The notes beneath the pieces were generated by a model, which saw only the letters and a list, made by a program, of their open reading frames with translations, ran no database searches and had not been told where the DNA came from. Positions 11,729-22,080 of a DNA stretch of 124,000 nucleotides are shown here, piece by piece. Location: contig NZ_JMCB01000008.1 of assembly GCF_000737315.1 (NCBI RefSeq), positions 144,001 to 268,000 on the forward strand, written 5' to 3'. The translations under genes and the position numbers were made by a program. Positions within the stretch are counted from its first letter, which is position 1. Each line of letters begins with the position of its first letter. The DNA is from Hyalangium minutum (GTDB lineage: Bacteria; Myxococcota; Myxococcia; Myxococcales; Myxococcaceae).

Positions 11729-13168
11729 CTAGAATTCGTCAGTGGGCTCAGCAGGATCCGACTGCGCTGGATTCTTCTGCCCAGGCGCCGCCTTCTGCGG
11801 TGCAGGTGCGTTCGGAGCGGAGGCCGGGTTCGGAGCGAGATCGCCGGTGGTGGGATCCTCCATCGGCTCGGACTTGGCGCCCGCGGGGTTGGCCCCCTGC
11901 GCGCCTCCGTTCTTCTTCATCTCCGCCTCCTGCTTCTTCTGGAGCTCCTCCATCTGCTTGGCCTGATCCTCCGCCATCTTGGCCTCCTTCTTGGCCTGGA
12001 CGACGGCCTCGGCCTCGCGCATGAGGCCGAACACGGGAGCCTCGGCGCTCAGCGCCACTTCATCGCCGGCCATGGCGACGTACTTCTTGTAGAGCTCCAG
12101 GGCGCGCTCGGGAGCGTCCTTCGCGCGGTGCAGGATGATGGCGCGGTTGAGGAAGATGGCGGCCATCTTCGGATCGAGCTTCTCCGCCTCGTCGTACTCC
12201 TGCATGGCCTTGTCGTACTGGCCCTGGCCCTTGTAGGCGACGCCGAGGTTCAGGTGCGCGGCGGCGTTGTTGCCACCGGCCTGGAGAATCTTGCGAAGGT
12301 GCTCCTCGGCGCCCGGGTAGTCCTCGGCGTCCAGCGAGAGCTGGGCCAGGAGGATGTGCGCGGGCAGATAGTCCGGGCGAACCTCCAGCGCCTTCTTGAA
12401 CGCGAGCATCGCGCCGTCCGGATCGCCCTCACCCTGGATGATGAGGCCCACGGTGTGGTGGAGCTCGGGATCATTCTCGTCGAGCTTCAGCGCGCGCAGG
12501 GCCACCATCTTGGCGATCGCGGGCTGCTTGCGGTCCACATAGGTGCGCATCATCACCTTGAGCGCGGTGGTGGACTGAGGGTCCCGCATGAGCGCGGCGC
12601 GGGCGAACTCGAGCGCCTTCACGAGATCTCCCGTCTGCCGGTAGATCTCCGCCAGGCGAGCGCGGCTGGCCGCGTCGTCCGGGAAGCGCTTGAGCACGTC
12701 CGTGTAGAGCGCCACGGCTCCGGGGATATCACCCTCGTTCGTCGACATGACGGCCAGGTTCTCGGAGGCCTGGCGCAGCGTGGGCTTCTTCTTGAGCGCG
12801 GAGCGGTACCAGTTCTTGGCCTCGTCCTTCTTGCCCTGGCGCTCGGCGAGGACGCCCAGGTTGTAGTCGGCCTCGGCCAGGTTGGGGTCCGCCTCCAGGG
12901 CCGTCTTGAACTTGCGCTCCAGCGACGGGTAGTCCACCGCCTTGGCCTTCTTCTGGGTGTCCATCGCCTTCACCGCGTCCTCGAAGAGGAGCTTGGCGCG
13001 GTTGGAGATGTTCACCGGCTCGGCCTTGGCGGGCGTCTTCGGGCCTGTGTTCTGGTTGGCCGCTGGGCCATTGGGGCCCGCGGCCGTGGAGGAGGTGCAG
13101 CCGGAGGCCAGCAGCGCCGCCGCCACGAGCCCCAGCGAGGTACGCAGGAATCGGGTGTGGTTGATCAT
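11729..13168 (-). CDS. gltE: TPR lipoprotein GltE/AglT
   Basis: Lipobox LASGC, TPR repeats, overlaps gltD stop. Confidence 0.85.
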   Translation of the reverse strand: MINHTRFLRTSLGLVAAALLASGCTSSTAAGPNGPAANQNTGPKTPAKAEPVNISNRAKLLFEDAVKAMDTQKKAKAVDYPSLERKFKTALEADPNLAEADYNLGVLAERQGKKDEAKNWYRSALKKKPTLRQASENLAVMSTNEGDIPGAVALYTDVLKRFPDDAASRARLAEIYRQTGDLVKALEFARAALMRDPQSTTALKVMMRTYVDRKQPAIAKMVALRALKLDENDPELHHTVGLIIQGEGDPDGAMLAFKKALEVRPDYLPAHILLAQLSLDAEDYPGAEEHLRKILQAGGNNAAAHLNLGVAYKGQGQYDKAMQEYDEAEKLDPKMAAIFLNRAIILHRAKDAPERALELYKKYVAMAGDEVALSAEAPVFGLMREAEAVVQAKKEAKMAEDQAKQMEELQKKQEAEMKKNGGAQGANPAGAKSEPMEDPTTGDLAPNPASAPNAPAPQKAAPGQKNPAQSDPAEPTDEF

Positions 13169-16100
13169 TGCAGGAAGTCCTCCGGCTCCTGGTCGTCGTT
13201 GGACGCCTTCTTCGGAGCCGCGCCGTCCTGAGCGACCGGCCGCTTCAGATCGGTCTCGGTCTGCTCACGCAGCTTCTTGGTCAGGTCGGTGAGATCCTCT
13301 TGGATCGCCTCGGTCTTGGCCTGCGCGGTGGACTCGTCCTCCACCACCGGCTCGGGAACGTCCTGGATGGCGGCCAGCAGATCGAGGCCCAGGGCCAGGT
13401 CCGCGCCCTTCTTCAGCGCGGCCTTGTCCTCTTGCACCGTCGGGTACTGCTCCGGAGCGTAGGTCTCGCGCAGCATCTTCAAGCTCTCGCGGGTGCAGTC
13501 GTTGAAGAAGTCCAGCTCCTGGCTCTTGGCCACGGCGCTGGCGAAGGCCTCGGTGGCCTTGGCCTTGATGGGCTGCACCTGGTTGTTGAACTCGTCGCGG
13601 ATGGCCTGCTCGGTCTCCGCGTCGATGCCCGGAGGCATGGGCGCGTTGGACACCTTGTCGGCCATCTCGTGGTAGGCGAGCCCGATGCGGTGCAGCGCGC
13701 AGATGGCGGGCTGCGGGGCGCCGAAGGACACCGTCTGGATGTACTTCTTCTGGACCACCTCGAGCGCGCGGCCCTTGTCGGCCAGCGAGTCCTTGAACTT
13801 CTTCGGGTCCGCCGGGCGGCCCCACGTCAGCTTCAAGCGCAGGTACTCGCGCCAGTCCGGATCCACGCTGAGGAACTGGGCCTGGGCCACGGGGGCCACG
13901 GCCGTCTTCTCCAGCCCCTGCTGCGTCCGCTTGGGCAGCTTCTCGTAGTACTCGAGGATACGGGTGTAGAGGCGGGCGGTGTCCTTGGCCTTCTTCAGCC
14001 TGTTCTCGAAGATGTTGACGATGCGGCCCTCGGCGGTGAGCACCTTGCTGGGCGAGCGGAGGTTGTCGCGCTCGTAGTCCTCCAGCATCTTCATGGCCTT
14101 GCCGTAGTTACCGCTCTTCTCGTAGAGCGACACGATGGACAGGAAGATCTGCTCCGCGTCCTTCGTCTTGGGCCACAGCTCCAGGAAGTGCTCACGGTTC
14201 TTGAGGGCCTGCTTGTACTGGCCCAGGCCCTCCCGGTAGGTGGCCGCGTTGAAGAGGGCCACCTGCGCCTTGGACTCGTCCCACTTCTGCTTCTCTTCCT
14301 TCTTCTCCTCGCCCTCGTCCTTGCCCTTGCCCTTCTTGGCCTTGGACTTGGGAGCGCCCTTCTCCGCGAGGCTGCGCTCGTAGCCCTTCACGTACAGCTC
14401 GTAGGTGCTCGAGGCCTGCTCGAAGTCGCCCACGGCCTCCTGCGCCTCGGCGTTGGCGTAGATGGAGTCCGGCACGAAGCGCGAGCGCGGGTACTTGGAG
14501 ATGAGGTTCTGGCGGACCTGGATGGCCTTATCCAGCTGCTTCGCCTTGTAGTAGTCGACGGACGCATTGTAGAGCGCCTGGTCGGCGATCGTCGTCTGCG
14601 GGAAGTCCTGGACGAAGTTCAGGTACGCCTCGGCGGCCTTGGAGAACTGCTTCTTCTCCTCCAGCTGGGCCACCAGCGCGAACGAGGACTGCTCGATGAG
14701 CTTGGACAGGTCCTCGCGGAACTTGCCCTTCGACAGCTGATCGTTGGCGTAGAACTTGCGGGCCCACTCGTTCACCTTCGCGAAGTCCTTCTGCAGGTTG
14801 TACGAGTCGAGCACCAGGTTGGCGGCCACCTCGCCGGCGCGCTCACCGTTCTCGAACTTGTAGTCCGCGTGGTTCAGCGCGATGTCGCTGAAGCGCGCCA
14901 CCGCGTCGTCGAAGTGGTTGTAGCGGTAGTAGAGGTTGGCGGCCTTGAAGGAGATCTCCACCCGCTTGTCGCCCTTGGGCAGGTACTTCAGATAGCGCTC
15001 GCACGCATCCAGCAGACCCTTACGGGGCTCGGGGATGGTGAGCTTCTTCTTCATGTCCGAGGTGTCGGGCGGCTTGAGCGCGCCCTTCTCCTCGGCGGCC
15101 TTCACCACCTCGTCATAGGCGAGCACCGCGTTGTAGGCGGCGTTGGCCAGCCACTTGCCGGGCTTGCCGGGCTTGGGGTTGCCCTTCTCGTCCTTGGCGT
15201 CCAGCACCTTGGCGTCCTGGAGGACAACCAGGGTGTAGTTGACGGAGGCCTTCTCGTAGTTGTTCAGGTTGTCGTTGAGGAGCTCCGCCCAGAAGAACCG
15301 CATGTCGTACGCCTTGGGGTTCTCCGGGAACAGCGTGAGGTAGTCGCCGTAGATGGCGTCGGCGTACTTGAACGTCCCCTCGTCACGCGTCTTGCGCGCC
15401 TCGTTGTGCCAGGTGACGGCGAGGTTGGACAGGGTGCGCTCGGCCAGCTCGTTGGCCTCGTCCAGCAGCTTCTTGTCCTTGTCCTCCTTGACGATGCCGG
15501 AGGCCTCCACTTCCTTGGTGATCTTCACCAGGCGGCGCACCTGGGCGACGGTGCGCTCCTTGTTGCCCATGCGCAGCACGCAGTCGACGATCCTCGCCTG
15601 GAAGCCCGGAGACTCGGGCGACAGCGGCTTCTCCTTGATGAGCGCGTTGTAGGTGATGGCCGCCTCGCGGTCCTTGCCATCGCCGTAGTAGAGGTTCGCC
15701 AGCTGCTTCATCATCGCGAAGCGGTCTTCCGGCTTGGTGGCGACCTTGCTGAAGTCGTCCTTGGCCGCCATCACGTCGCCGTCGCGGGCGTAGGTGCGCA
15801 CGTAGTCGGCGCGGGCCTCCTTCACGAGGCCGCTCTTGCCGCTCTTGCCACCGTCCTTCTCCGCGGCAGCGCCGGCCAGCTCGCCATAGAGGACCACCGT
15901 CTTGTACTTGTCCTTGGCGGCCTGGTAGTCGCCCATGTTGAAGTAGCACCAGCCCTGCTTGTAGAGGGCGTAGGCGTAGACCTGGCTGTCGGTGAACTCG
16001 GCGGCGCGCTTATAGGCCTCGAGGGCGCGCTCCAGCTCCGGGCGCTTGCCCTTCGAGTTGTTGAAGTAGTACTCGCCGAAGGCCAGCCACGCGTCCGGCA

Positions 16101-16734
16101 GGTACTTGGACTTCGGGTACTTCTGGACCAGGCGCTTGTAGGCCACCAGCGCCTTGCTGTCCTGGCCATCCTCCATGAGGAACTGGCCGAGGAAGAAGAG
16201 CACCTCGTCGGTGCGCTCGAAGTTCGGGTACTGCTGGACGATCTTCGTGTACTGCTCCAGGGCCAGCTTGCCGTACTGCTTGGACTTGGCCAGCAGCTCC
16301 GCCTTCTCCGCCTTGGCGCGCGACTGTGCTGCCGCGTCATTGCGGTTCATGGCCTTGATGAGGTCGTCGTCCTTCCGGTTCGCCTCGAACTCGTGGAACT
16401 TGGCCTCTTCCCAGTAGAGCTCGCCCAGGCGGAACAGCAGGCTCGGGGCCTCCGTCTGGTCCGGGGACAGCTCGATGATCTTCTTGAGCGAATCGATCTG
16501 CTCGCGGCGCTTGGAAGCCACCTGCGTCTCTACGCCCAGCCGGAACTGGTCGTAGTTCAGCGCGGGGGCATCCGCCTCTTTCTCCGCCTTCTTGCGGGAG
16601 ATGTCGCCGGCGAGGGACTTGTCGATGGTGGTGGCAGACTTCTTGCCGAGGTCCGCCTCGCGCGGGTTTTTCTTAGTCTGCGCGGACGCGACCGACGCCA
16701 GAAGCGTCAGGCAGATGAGGAGCGAGCGACGCAT
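13165..16734 (-). CDS. gltD: Large TPR protein GltD/AgmU
   Basis: Start moved to MRRSLLICL (signal peptide); about 1190 aa of TPR repeats; heads the glt operon. Confidence 0.85.
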   Translation of the reverse strand: MRRSLLICLTLLASVASAQTKKNPREADLGKKSATTIDKSLAGDISRKKAEKEADAPALNYDQFRLGVETQVASKRREQIDSLKKIIELSPDQTEAPSLLFRLGELYWEEAKFHEFEANRKDDDLIKAMNRNDAAAQSRAKAEKAELLAKSKQYGKLALEQYTKIVQQYPNFERTDEVLFFLGQFLMEDGQDSKALVAYKRLVQKYPKSKYLPDAWLAFGEYYFNNSKGKRPELERALEAYKRAAEFTDSQVYAYALYKQGWCYFNMGDYQAAKDKYKTVVLYGELAGAAAEKDGGKSGKSGLVKEARADYVRTYARDGDVMAAKDDFSKVATKPEDRFAMMKQLANLYYGDGKDREAAITYNALIKEKPLSPESPGFQARIVDCVLRMGNKERTVAQVRRLVKITKEVEASGIVKEDKDKKLLDEANELAERTLSNLAVTWHNEARKTRDEGTFKYADAIYGDYLTLFPENPKAYDMRFFWAELLNDNLNNYEKASVNYTLVVLQDAKVLDAKDEKGNPKPGKPGKWLANAAYNAVLAYDEVVKAAEEKGALKPPDTSDMKKKLTIPEPRKGLLDACERYLKYLPKGDKRVEISFKAANLYYRYNHFDDAVARFSDIALNHADYKFENGERAGEVAANLVLDSYNLQKDFAKVNEWARKFYANDQLSKGKFREDLSKLIEQSSFALVAQLEEKKQFSKAAEAYLNFVQDFPQTTIADQALYNASVDYYKAKQLDKAIQVRQNLISKYPRSRFVPDSIYANAEAQEAVGDFEQASSTYELYVKGYERSLAEKGAPKSKAKKGKGKDEGEEKKEEKQKWDESKAQVALFNAATYREGLGQYKQALKNREHFLELWPKTKDAEQIFLSIVSLYEKSGNYGKAMKMLEDYERDNLRSPSKVLTAEGRIVNIFENRLKKAKDTARLYTRILEYYEKLPKRTQQGLEKTAVAPVAQAQFLSVDPDWREYLRLKLTWGRPADPKKFKDSLADKGRALEVVQKKYIQTVSFGAPQPAICALHRIGLAYHEMADKVSNAPMPPGIDAETEQAIRDEFNNQVQPIKAKATEAFASAVAKSQELDFFNDCTRESLKMLRETYAPEQYPTVQEDKAALKKGADLALGLDLLAAIQDVPEPVVEDESTAQAKTEAIQEDLTDLTKKLREQTETDLKRPVAQDGAAPKKASNDDQEPEDFLQ

Positions 16735-17013
16735 GTCTCTCCTGTGCCGAAGCGTTCGATCCTGGATGCTTGCCTGGCTGGCAAGTAGCCGGGACTCTTT
16801 GGGAATTTCCATTTGAGGGGGGCCACTATGCGCAGGGTCGAGAGGGTCGGTCAACTGAACCTGCTCGGCCGCTTTGGGGGTACGCGCACGCCGGAAATCT
16901 TCCAGAAGTGCTGTCCGGAATGCGTTGGGTAGGCTGCCATGTCGGACGGGTAGGTTATGGGTGGGGTAGCGCTTGACTGCCTGGCTGCCCTACCCTGCGG
17001 ATCGATCCGGATC

Positions 17014-17658
17014 ATGAGTCTCCTGCCTGAAGGCGCCAGTTTCGAGGAACTGGTGCAGGACTATTTTCTCGCGGTGCGTGGTGCAGGGCTGATGCTCTCC
17101 GCGCTGGACACCGAGCTTCTGACATCTTGGGCCCGAGAGGGCGTTCCCTTCGAGGTGGTCGCCCGCGGCATCACCCGTTCGGCGGAGAAGGCGCTGTGGG
17201 ATGTGAGGCCCGGGGAGCCGGTGCTGCGCAGCCTGCGGGCGTGCCAGCGGCAAGTGGACGCAGAGATCAAGAAGTACCGGGAGCGCAACGCGGGGGCTGG
17301 AGAGAGCCCGAAGAAGCGCCGCTCGCTCAGCTGGGAAGAGACGCGGCATGCACGGCTGCGGGCCTCGCTCGAGAAGCTGGCGGAGCAGCGTCCCGAGTTG
17401 ACCGCCCGGGTAGGCCAGCTGCTGGAGGCAGTGCTCGCCCGCGCGCCTGAGGAGCCAGCGCAGTTCGACGCCCAGGAAGCGCGGGTCTTCCTGCTGTTGC
17501 TGCGCTCCCTGCCCTTCCCCGTGCGCTGCCAGCTGTGGCGCGAGTCGCGGGGAGGCGGAGCTGAGTCCCAGGGCATGTCCACGCGATCGCGGCGGGTGGC
17601 GCGGCGGTTCCGGTTGCTGGCGCTCGTGCGGCGCTCGCTCGAGATGAAAGAGGGTTAG
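17014..17658 (+). CDS. Hypothetical protein with DnaD/DnaB_2-like helical N-terminus
   Basis: ATG at 17014; LSALDTELLTSWAREGVPFEVVARGI pattern; upstream of a DnaC-like gene. Confidence 0.65.
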   Translation: MSLLPEGASFEELVQDYFLAVRGAGLMLSALDTELLTSWAREGVPFEVVARGITRSAEKALWDVRPGEPVLRSLRACQRQVDAEIKKYRERNAGAGESPKKRRSLSWEETRHARLRASLEKLAEQRPELTARVGQLLEAVLARAPEEPAQFDAQEARVFLLLLRSLPFPVRCQLWRESRGGGAESQGMSTRSRRVARRFRLLALVRRSLEMKEG

Positions 17659-17713
17659 GGCAATGGGGACACCTGAACGCCTGCTCAGCAGGTCGTCCGG
17701 CGAGGGGACTGCT

Positions 17714-18670
17714 ATGGATCGCGCCGACATGGGGACCAAGGGCAGCGGCGGTGCGTGCGGGGTGTGCGGTGGGCGGACGTATCTCATCGAGCGGCAAGGC
17801 GATCTGGCGCATGCGCGGATCTGCGAGTGCTCGGTGCAATGCAAGGTGTGCGGGGGGCGCGGGCACGTGCTCGGCCAACAGGAGTCGACCTTCAGCAAGA
17901 AGGTGGGGCCCCGTACCTATGACGTGCTCATGCCGTGCTCCTGCACCCTGAGGCAGAAGCGCGTGGCCCGCTTCAACGCCGTGGGACTGCCCGGCGTGGT
18001 GGCCCACTCGAGCTTCGACAACTACATCCCCGCGAAGACGCAGCAAGACAAGGCCCGAAGCGCGGCGATGCACTTCGCCCACCACTACGAGAAGGCCGGG
18101 GGCAACAAGGGCTTCGTGCTGAGCGGGCCGGTGGGCACCGGGAAGACGCACCTGCTGGCCGCCACCCTGGCGCACCTGGTGCTCGAGGTGGGCGTGGGGG
18201 CCCGCTACGTGGAGATCTCCCTGCTCTACGCCACCATCCGGCGCGGTTTCCAGGAGGGCAAGAGTGGCGGGGAGATCATCGGCCCGCTGTCCGAGGTGGA
18301 AGTGCTGGCCATCGACGAGCTGGGCAAGGGGCGCGGCAGCCCATTCGAGATGGAGACGATGGATGAGCTGATCGCCCGGCGCTACAACGCTCACCGCACC
18401 ACCCTGTTCGCGACGAACTACTCGCTGGAGCCGGAGCGCAAGGCGACGCGCGCGGTGGCCGGCTACCACTCCACGGACGACGCGAAGACCACGCTGCGAG
18501 AGGCGGAGCTGCTGCGCGAGCGCGTGGGCGAGCGCATCTATAGCCGGCTCTGTGAGATGTGCACCTTCGTGGAGCTGCCCAAGGACACGCCGGACCACCG
18601 GCGCACGCGGCACGAGCTGGAGCCGCGCGGGCACCACGCCCACGCGAAGATTCGCGCCACCGGCCGCTGA
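17714..18670 (+). CDS. DnaC/IstB-like AAA+ ATPase with Cys-rich N-terminus
   Basis: CxxC pairs; Walker A GPVGTGKT; Walker B LAIDELG; RIYSRL. Confidence 0.85.
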   Translation: MDRADMGTKGSGGACGVCGGRTYLIERQGDLAHARICECSVQCKVCGGRGHVLGQQESTFSKKVGPRTYDVLMPCSCTLRQKRVARFNAVGLPGVVAHSSFDNYIPAKTQQDKARSAAMHFAHHYEKAGGNKGFVLSGPVGTGKTHLLAATLAHLVLEVGVGARYVEISLLYATIRRGFQEGKSGGEIIGPLSEVEVLAIDELGKGRGSPFEMETMDELIARRYNAHRTTLFATNYSLEPERKATRAVAGYHSTDDAKTTLREAELLRERVGERIYSRLCEMCTFVELPKDTPDHRRTRHELEPRGHHAHAKIRATGR

Positions 18671-18691
18671 CCCCTCCCCCGAGGCCCGAAC

Positions 18692-19018
18692 ATGACCGAC
18701 GCCATCGTCGTCCTCGTCACCGCTCCCTCGGCCGACAAGGCCGCGGAGCTGGCCCGGGCCTTGGTGGAGGAGCAGCTGGCGGCCTGTGGCAATGTCCTCC
18801 CGGGCCTGCGCTCCATCTATCGCTGGGAGGGGAAGGTCCACGACGAGCCCGAGGCCCTGCTCATCCTCAAGACGCGGGCGCCCCTCTTCGAGGCCTTGAG
18901 GGAGCGGGTGGTGGCCCTCCACCCCTACCAGGTCCCCGAGGTGCTGCGGCTCGACGTGGCCGGAGGGCACCTGCCCTACCTCGAGTGGATTGAGGCCAGC
19001 GTCCGGCCGCTCCCCTGA
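18692..19018 (+). CDS. cutA: Divalent-cation tolerance protein CutA
   Basis: LAACGN, SIYRWEGKV, HPYQVPE. Confidence 0.95.
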   Translation: MTDAIVVLVTAPSADKAAELARALVEEQLAACGNVLPGLRSIYRWEGKVHDEPEALLILKTRAPLFEALRERVVALHPYQVPEVLRLDVAGGHLPYLEWIEASVRPLP

Positions 19019-19167
19019 TACGTCCTCAGCTCCCCGGGTCCCACTTGACTCCAAGGGTCACCTTGGAGCCTGCTTCTGTTCGCTGTAAGCAGTTGTAGCT
19101 GGGGGCGGATTCTCTGCCCCCTTGTGCTCGCGATACGCTGACCTGGTCCCCCTTCGTCTCCTTCCTC

Positions 19168-20247
19168 ATGGCTCCCATCCGAATTCTCGTGGCGGAAGGT
19201 TCCGCGGTCGCCCGGAGGGAGATCTCCCAGATGCTGGGCTCCGACTCGGAGCTGGAGGTGGTCGCCATCGCGCCCACCGGGCATATCGCGCTGGAGAAAG
19301 CCGAGCAGCTCCGCCCCGAGGTGATGGTGCTGGAGCTGACGCTGCCGGACATGAAGGGGATGGACGTGCTCAAGGCGGTGCGCCGGCAGTACCCCCGCCT
19401 GCCCGTGCTCATCTTCAGCGCGCTGGCGGAGAGCACCGGGAACATCACCATGGATGCGCTCGCCAATGGCGCGAGCGACTACATCACCAAGCCGACGACC
19501 TCCGGCGGTGTCCCCTTCCTGGAGCAGGCCCGGGAGCAGTTGATCACGAAGATCAAGGAGCTGCACTCGCGCATCCAGCCGGAGCCTCCGAAGGCGGCCC
19601 CGCTGCGCAAGCGGCACGAGCTGGCCAAGGCCCCCACCCGGCAGCCTCGCATTGGCGTGGTGGTGATTGGCGCCTCGACGGGCGGGCCCAACATGCTGGT
19701 CGAGGTGCTCTCTGCAATCCCCGGGGACTTCCCGGTGCCGGTGCTCATCGCCCAGCACATGCCCCCCGGCTTCACGAAGCTGTTCGCCGAGCGCCTGGAC
19801 ACACTGTCCCCGCTGCAGATCCGCGAGGCTCTGTCCGGAGAGCAGTTGCGCGCGGGACAGGTGTGGATTGCTCCGGGGGACTATCACATGGCGGTCACCC
19901 GCGACGGGCCGATGGTGCGGCTGCTGACGCACAAGGGCCCGCTGGAGAACTCCTGCCGGCCCGCGGTGGATGTGCTGTTCCGCACGGCCGCCGCGGCTTA
20001 CGGAGCGGGCGTACTGGCCGTGGTGATGACGGGCATGGGCCAGGACGGGATGAAGGGCAGCCAGGTGGTGAGCCAGGCCGGTGGGCGGATCATCGTCCAG
20101 GACCCGGACACGTGCGTCGTGGGGAGCATGCCGCAGGCGGTGCTCCAGGCGGGGCTGGCTCACCAGGTGGTGTCCCTGAAGAACCTGGGCCCAGAGATCG
20201 TCCGCCGCGTCCTGCAGACGCTGTCTCCGCACCAAACCGCCGGCTGA
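19168..20247 (+). CDS. cheB: Chemotaxis methylesterase CheB with atypical receiver
   Basis: GASTGG, QHMP, RPAVD, GMGQDG motifs. Confidence 0.9.
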   Translation: MAPIRILVAEGSAVARREISQMLGSDSELEVVAIAPTGHIALEKAEQLRPEVMVLELTLPDMKGMDVLKAVRRQYPRLPVLIFSALAESTGNITMDALANGASDYITKPTTSGGVPFLEQAREQLITKIKELHSRIQPEPPKAAPLRKRHELAKAPTRQPRIGVVVIGASTGGPNMLVEVLSAIPGDFPVPVLIAQHMPPGFTKLFAERLDTLSPLQIREALSGEQLRAGQVWIAPGDYHMAVTRDGPMVRLLTHKGPLENSCRPAVDVLFRTAAAAYGAGVLAVVMTGMGQDGMKGSQVVSQAGGRIIVQDPDTCVVGSMPQAVLQAGLAHQVVSLKNLGPEIVRRVLQTLSPHQTAG

Positions 20248-20365
20248 AGTTCAGCCCGGGGCTTGGACGTCCTGCCGCGGAGCAGCCGAGAGAGCAGGCG
20301 CGCGCGTACTCATGCATACCTTCCCCCCAATCGTCCCCACTGACGGAGGACGAGTTGGTGGGGCG

Positions 20366-21349
20366 ATGGAGACCATTCAGGTTCCAATCATCGGGTGGAT
20401 TGCCTTCGGCGTGCTGGTGCTGGGACTGCTCGCTGTGGATCTGCTGGCCCACCGGAAGAAGCACGGCGAGTCCAAGCGCAGCGCCATGGCGTGGAGTGCT
20501 GGGTGGATCGCGCTCGGACTGAGCTTCAGCGTGTTTGTCTGGAAGATGTTCGGCGCGCAAGCCGCGCACGAGTACCTGGGCGCGTGGCTCATCGAGAAGA
20601 GCCTGAGCCTGGACAACCTCTTCGTCTTCCTCGTCATCTTCCGCAGCCTCAGTGTCCCCGAAGACGAGCAGCGGCGCGTGCTGTTCTGGGGCATCTTCGG
20701 GGCGCTGCTGTTCCGGGCCCTGTTCATCTTCGCGGGGGTGGAGGCGCTGGAGCACTGGCACGCCGTCGTCTACGTGTTCGGCGCGATTCTGCTCGTCACC
20801 GCCATCCGGGTCGCCTTCGAGGACCCGGCGCGCCAGCGCGAGAGCTCGGTGGTGCGGTGGCTCTCCCACCGGCTGCCGATCAGCGCGTCGGTGGATGGGC
20901 CGCACTTCTTCACCAAGCAGATGGGGAGGCGCATGGCAACGCCGCTGCTGGTGGCGCTGATCGCCATCGAGATCACGGACATCGCGTTCGCGGTCGACTC
21001 GGTGCCTGCGGCGCTGGCGGTGACCCAGAAACCCTTCCTTGTCTACACGTCGAACGTGTTCGCCATCCTCGGCTTGAGGGCGCTCTACATCGCGCTGGCA
21101 CATGTCATCTCGGAGCTGCGCTACCTGCACTATGGGCTCGCTGCGGTGCTGGCGTTCGCGGGGCTGAAGATGATTGTTCCGGACCGCTGGGTGCACGTGC
21201 CACCGCTGGCCTCGGCGCTGGTCGTCCTCGTGTGCATCGGAACCGCAGTCGCCGCGAGCCTCTGGTCCCGGGCCCGGAAGCGCAGGCGTGAACAGAAGCC
21301 CAAGAGCCCAGGGCCGGGAGAAGCTGGGCACCGCGAAGTCCCAGTCTGA
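20366..21349 (+). CDS. TerC/Alx family membrane protein
   Basis: EKSLSLDNLFVF; DIAFAVDSVPA; SNVFAILGLR. Confidence 0.92.
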   Translation: METIQVPIIGWIAFGVLVLGLLAVDLLAHRKKHGESKRSAMAWSAGWIALGLSFSVFVWKMFGAQAAHEYLGAWLIEKSLSLDNLFVFLVIFRSLSVPEDEQRRVLFWGIFGALLFRALFIFAGVEALEHWHAVVYVFGAILLVTAIRVAFEDPARQRESSVVRWLSHRLPISASVDGPHFFTKQMGRRMATPLLVALIAIEITDIAFAVDSVPAALAVTQKPFLVYTSNVFAILGLRALYIALAHVISELRYLHYGLAAVLAFAGLKMIVPDRWVHVPPLASALVVLVCIGTAVAASLWSRARKRRREQKPKSPGPGEAGHREVPV

Positions 21350-21377
21350 AGCCCGGCACGGAGCCGAGGGACGCGCT

Positions 21378-21761
21378 ATGAAGAGGGGCATGAGGCACGT
21401 GTTCCAGAACGGCGAAGTGCTGGCGGCCAGCCTGCTCGTGGCATGCGCCGTGGGACCTCGGGAACTGCGCGACGAGGGCAGCGAGCGCATCGAGGAGGCC
21501 ATGCGTCCGGAACCGCACCCGGACGTGCTCCCAGAGGGAATCTTCCTGGGAGACGATGCGCCTCCGCTCGCGCCCTCGGAGTCCGAGGTAGCAAGTGCCA
21601 CGGGAGATGCGCCCTCAAATGCCGAGCCTCCGCAGCCTGGGTGGCTCTACGGCACCGTACCTGTGATTGTTCCGGGTCCGGTGTTCGGTCCGTCTCCCGG
21701 CGCCGTGCGCTACCACATCGAGCCCAAGCCCGGAGGCAGCATCCCAGGTTTGCTACCCTGA
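21378..21761 (+). CDS. Short putative lipoprotein, possibly a truncated toxin N-terminus
   Basis: LLVAC lipobox-like; Pro-rich; sits before a toxin locus. Confidence 0.45.
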   Translation: MKRGMRHVFQNGEVLAASLLVACAVGPRELRDEGSERIEEAMRPEPHPDVLPEGIFLGDDAPPLAPSESEVASATGDAPSNAEPPQPGWLYGTVPVIVPGPVFGPSPGAVRYHIEPKPGGSIPGLLP

Positions 21762-21791
21762 GCCTCCCTAACATTCTGGAGAGGTCTCCCC

Positions 21792-22070
21792 ATGGTTTCT
21801 GAGGGGTCCTATAGCCCGCGTTTCTTCGTCCTTGAACAGGACATATTCGGGCCCCACGACACCAAGTTCGACACGACCGGGGCTGTCATTTTGGGAGACG
21901 CTCCGCGGTGCCCACGATGTGGTGCTCCCATCGGCATGCGGACGTGGCTGCCTCCCTATCGTGTCGAGCTTGAGTTGCACGGCCGCACTCCGAGAAGCCG
22001 ACCTCACTCGGCGTCAAATTGTCCTGGCATACTCCAGAACGGGCCACCCTTGACCCACGGCCCCGCTTGA
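21792..22070 (+). pseudogene. 5' fragment of a CxxCG-type myxobacterial immunity protein
   Basis: PRFFVLE...GDAPRCPRCGAPIGMRTWLPPYRVELELHG, then loses family character. Confidence 0.55.
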
Positions 22071-22080
22071 ATGAAAGGAC

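Noticed and set aside
438-16788. Long plus-strand ORFs across the glt cluster (for example 4005-6401, 13168-16788)
   Set aside because: Antisense shadows of GC3-biased minus-strand genes; no motifs.
17714-18670. IS21 element (IstB)
   Set aside because: No IstA transposase or terminal inverted repeats nearby.
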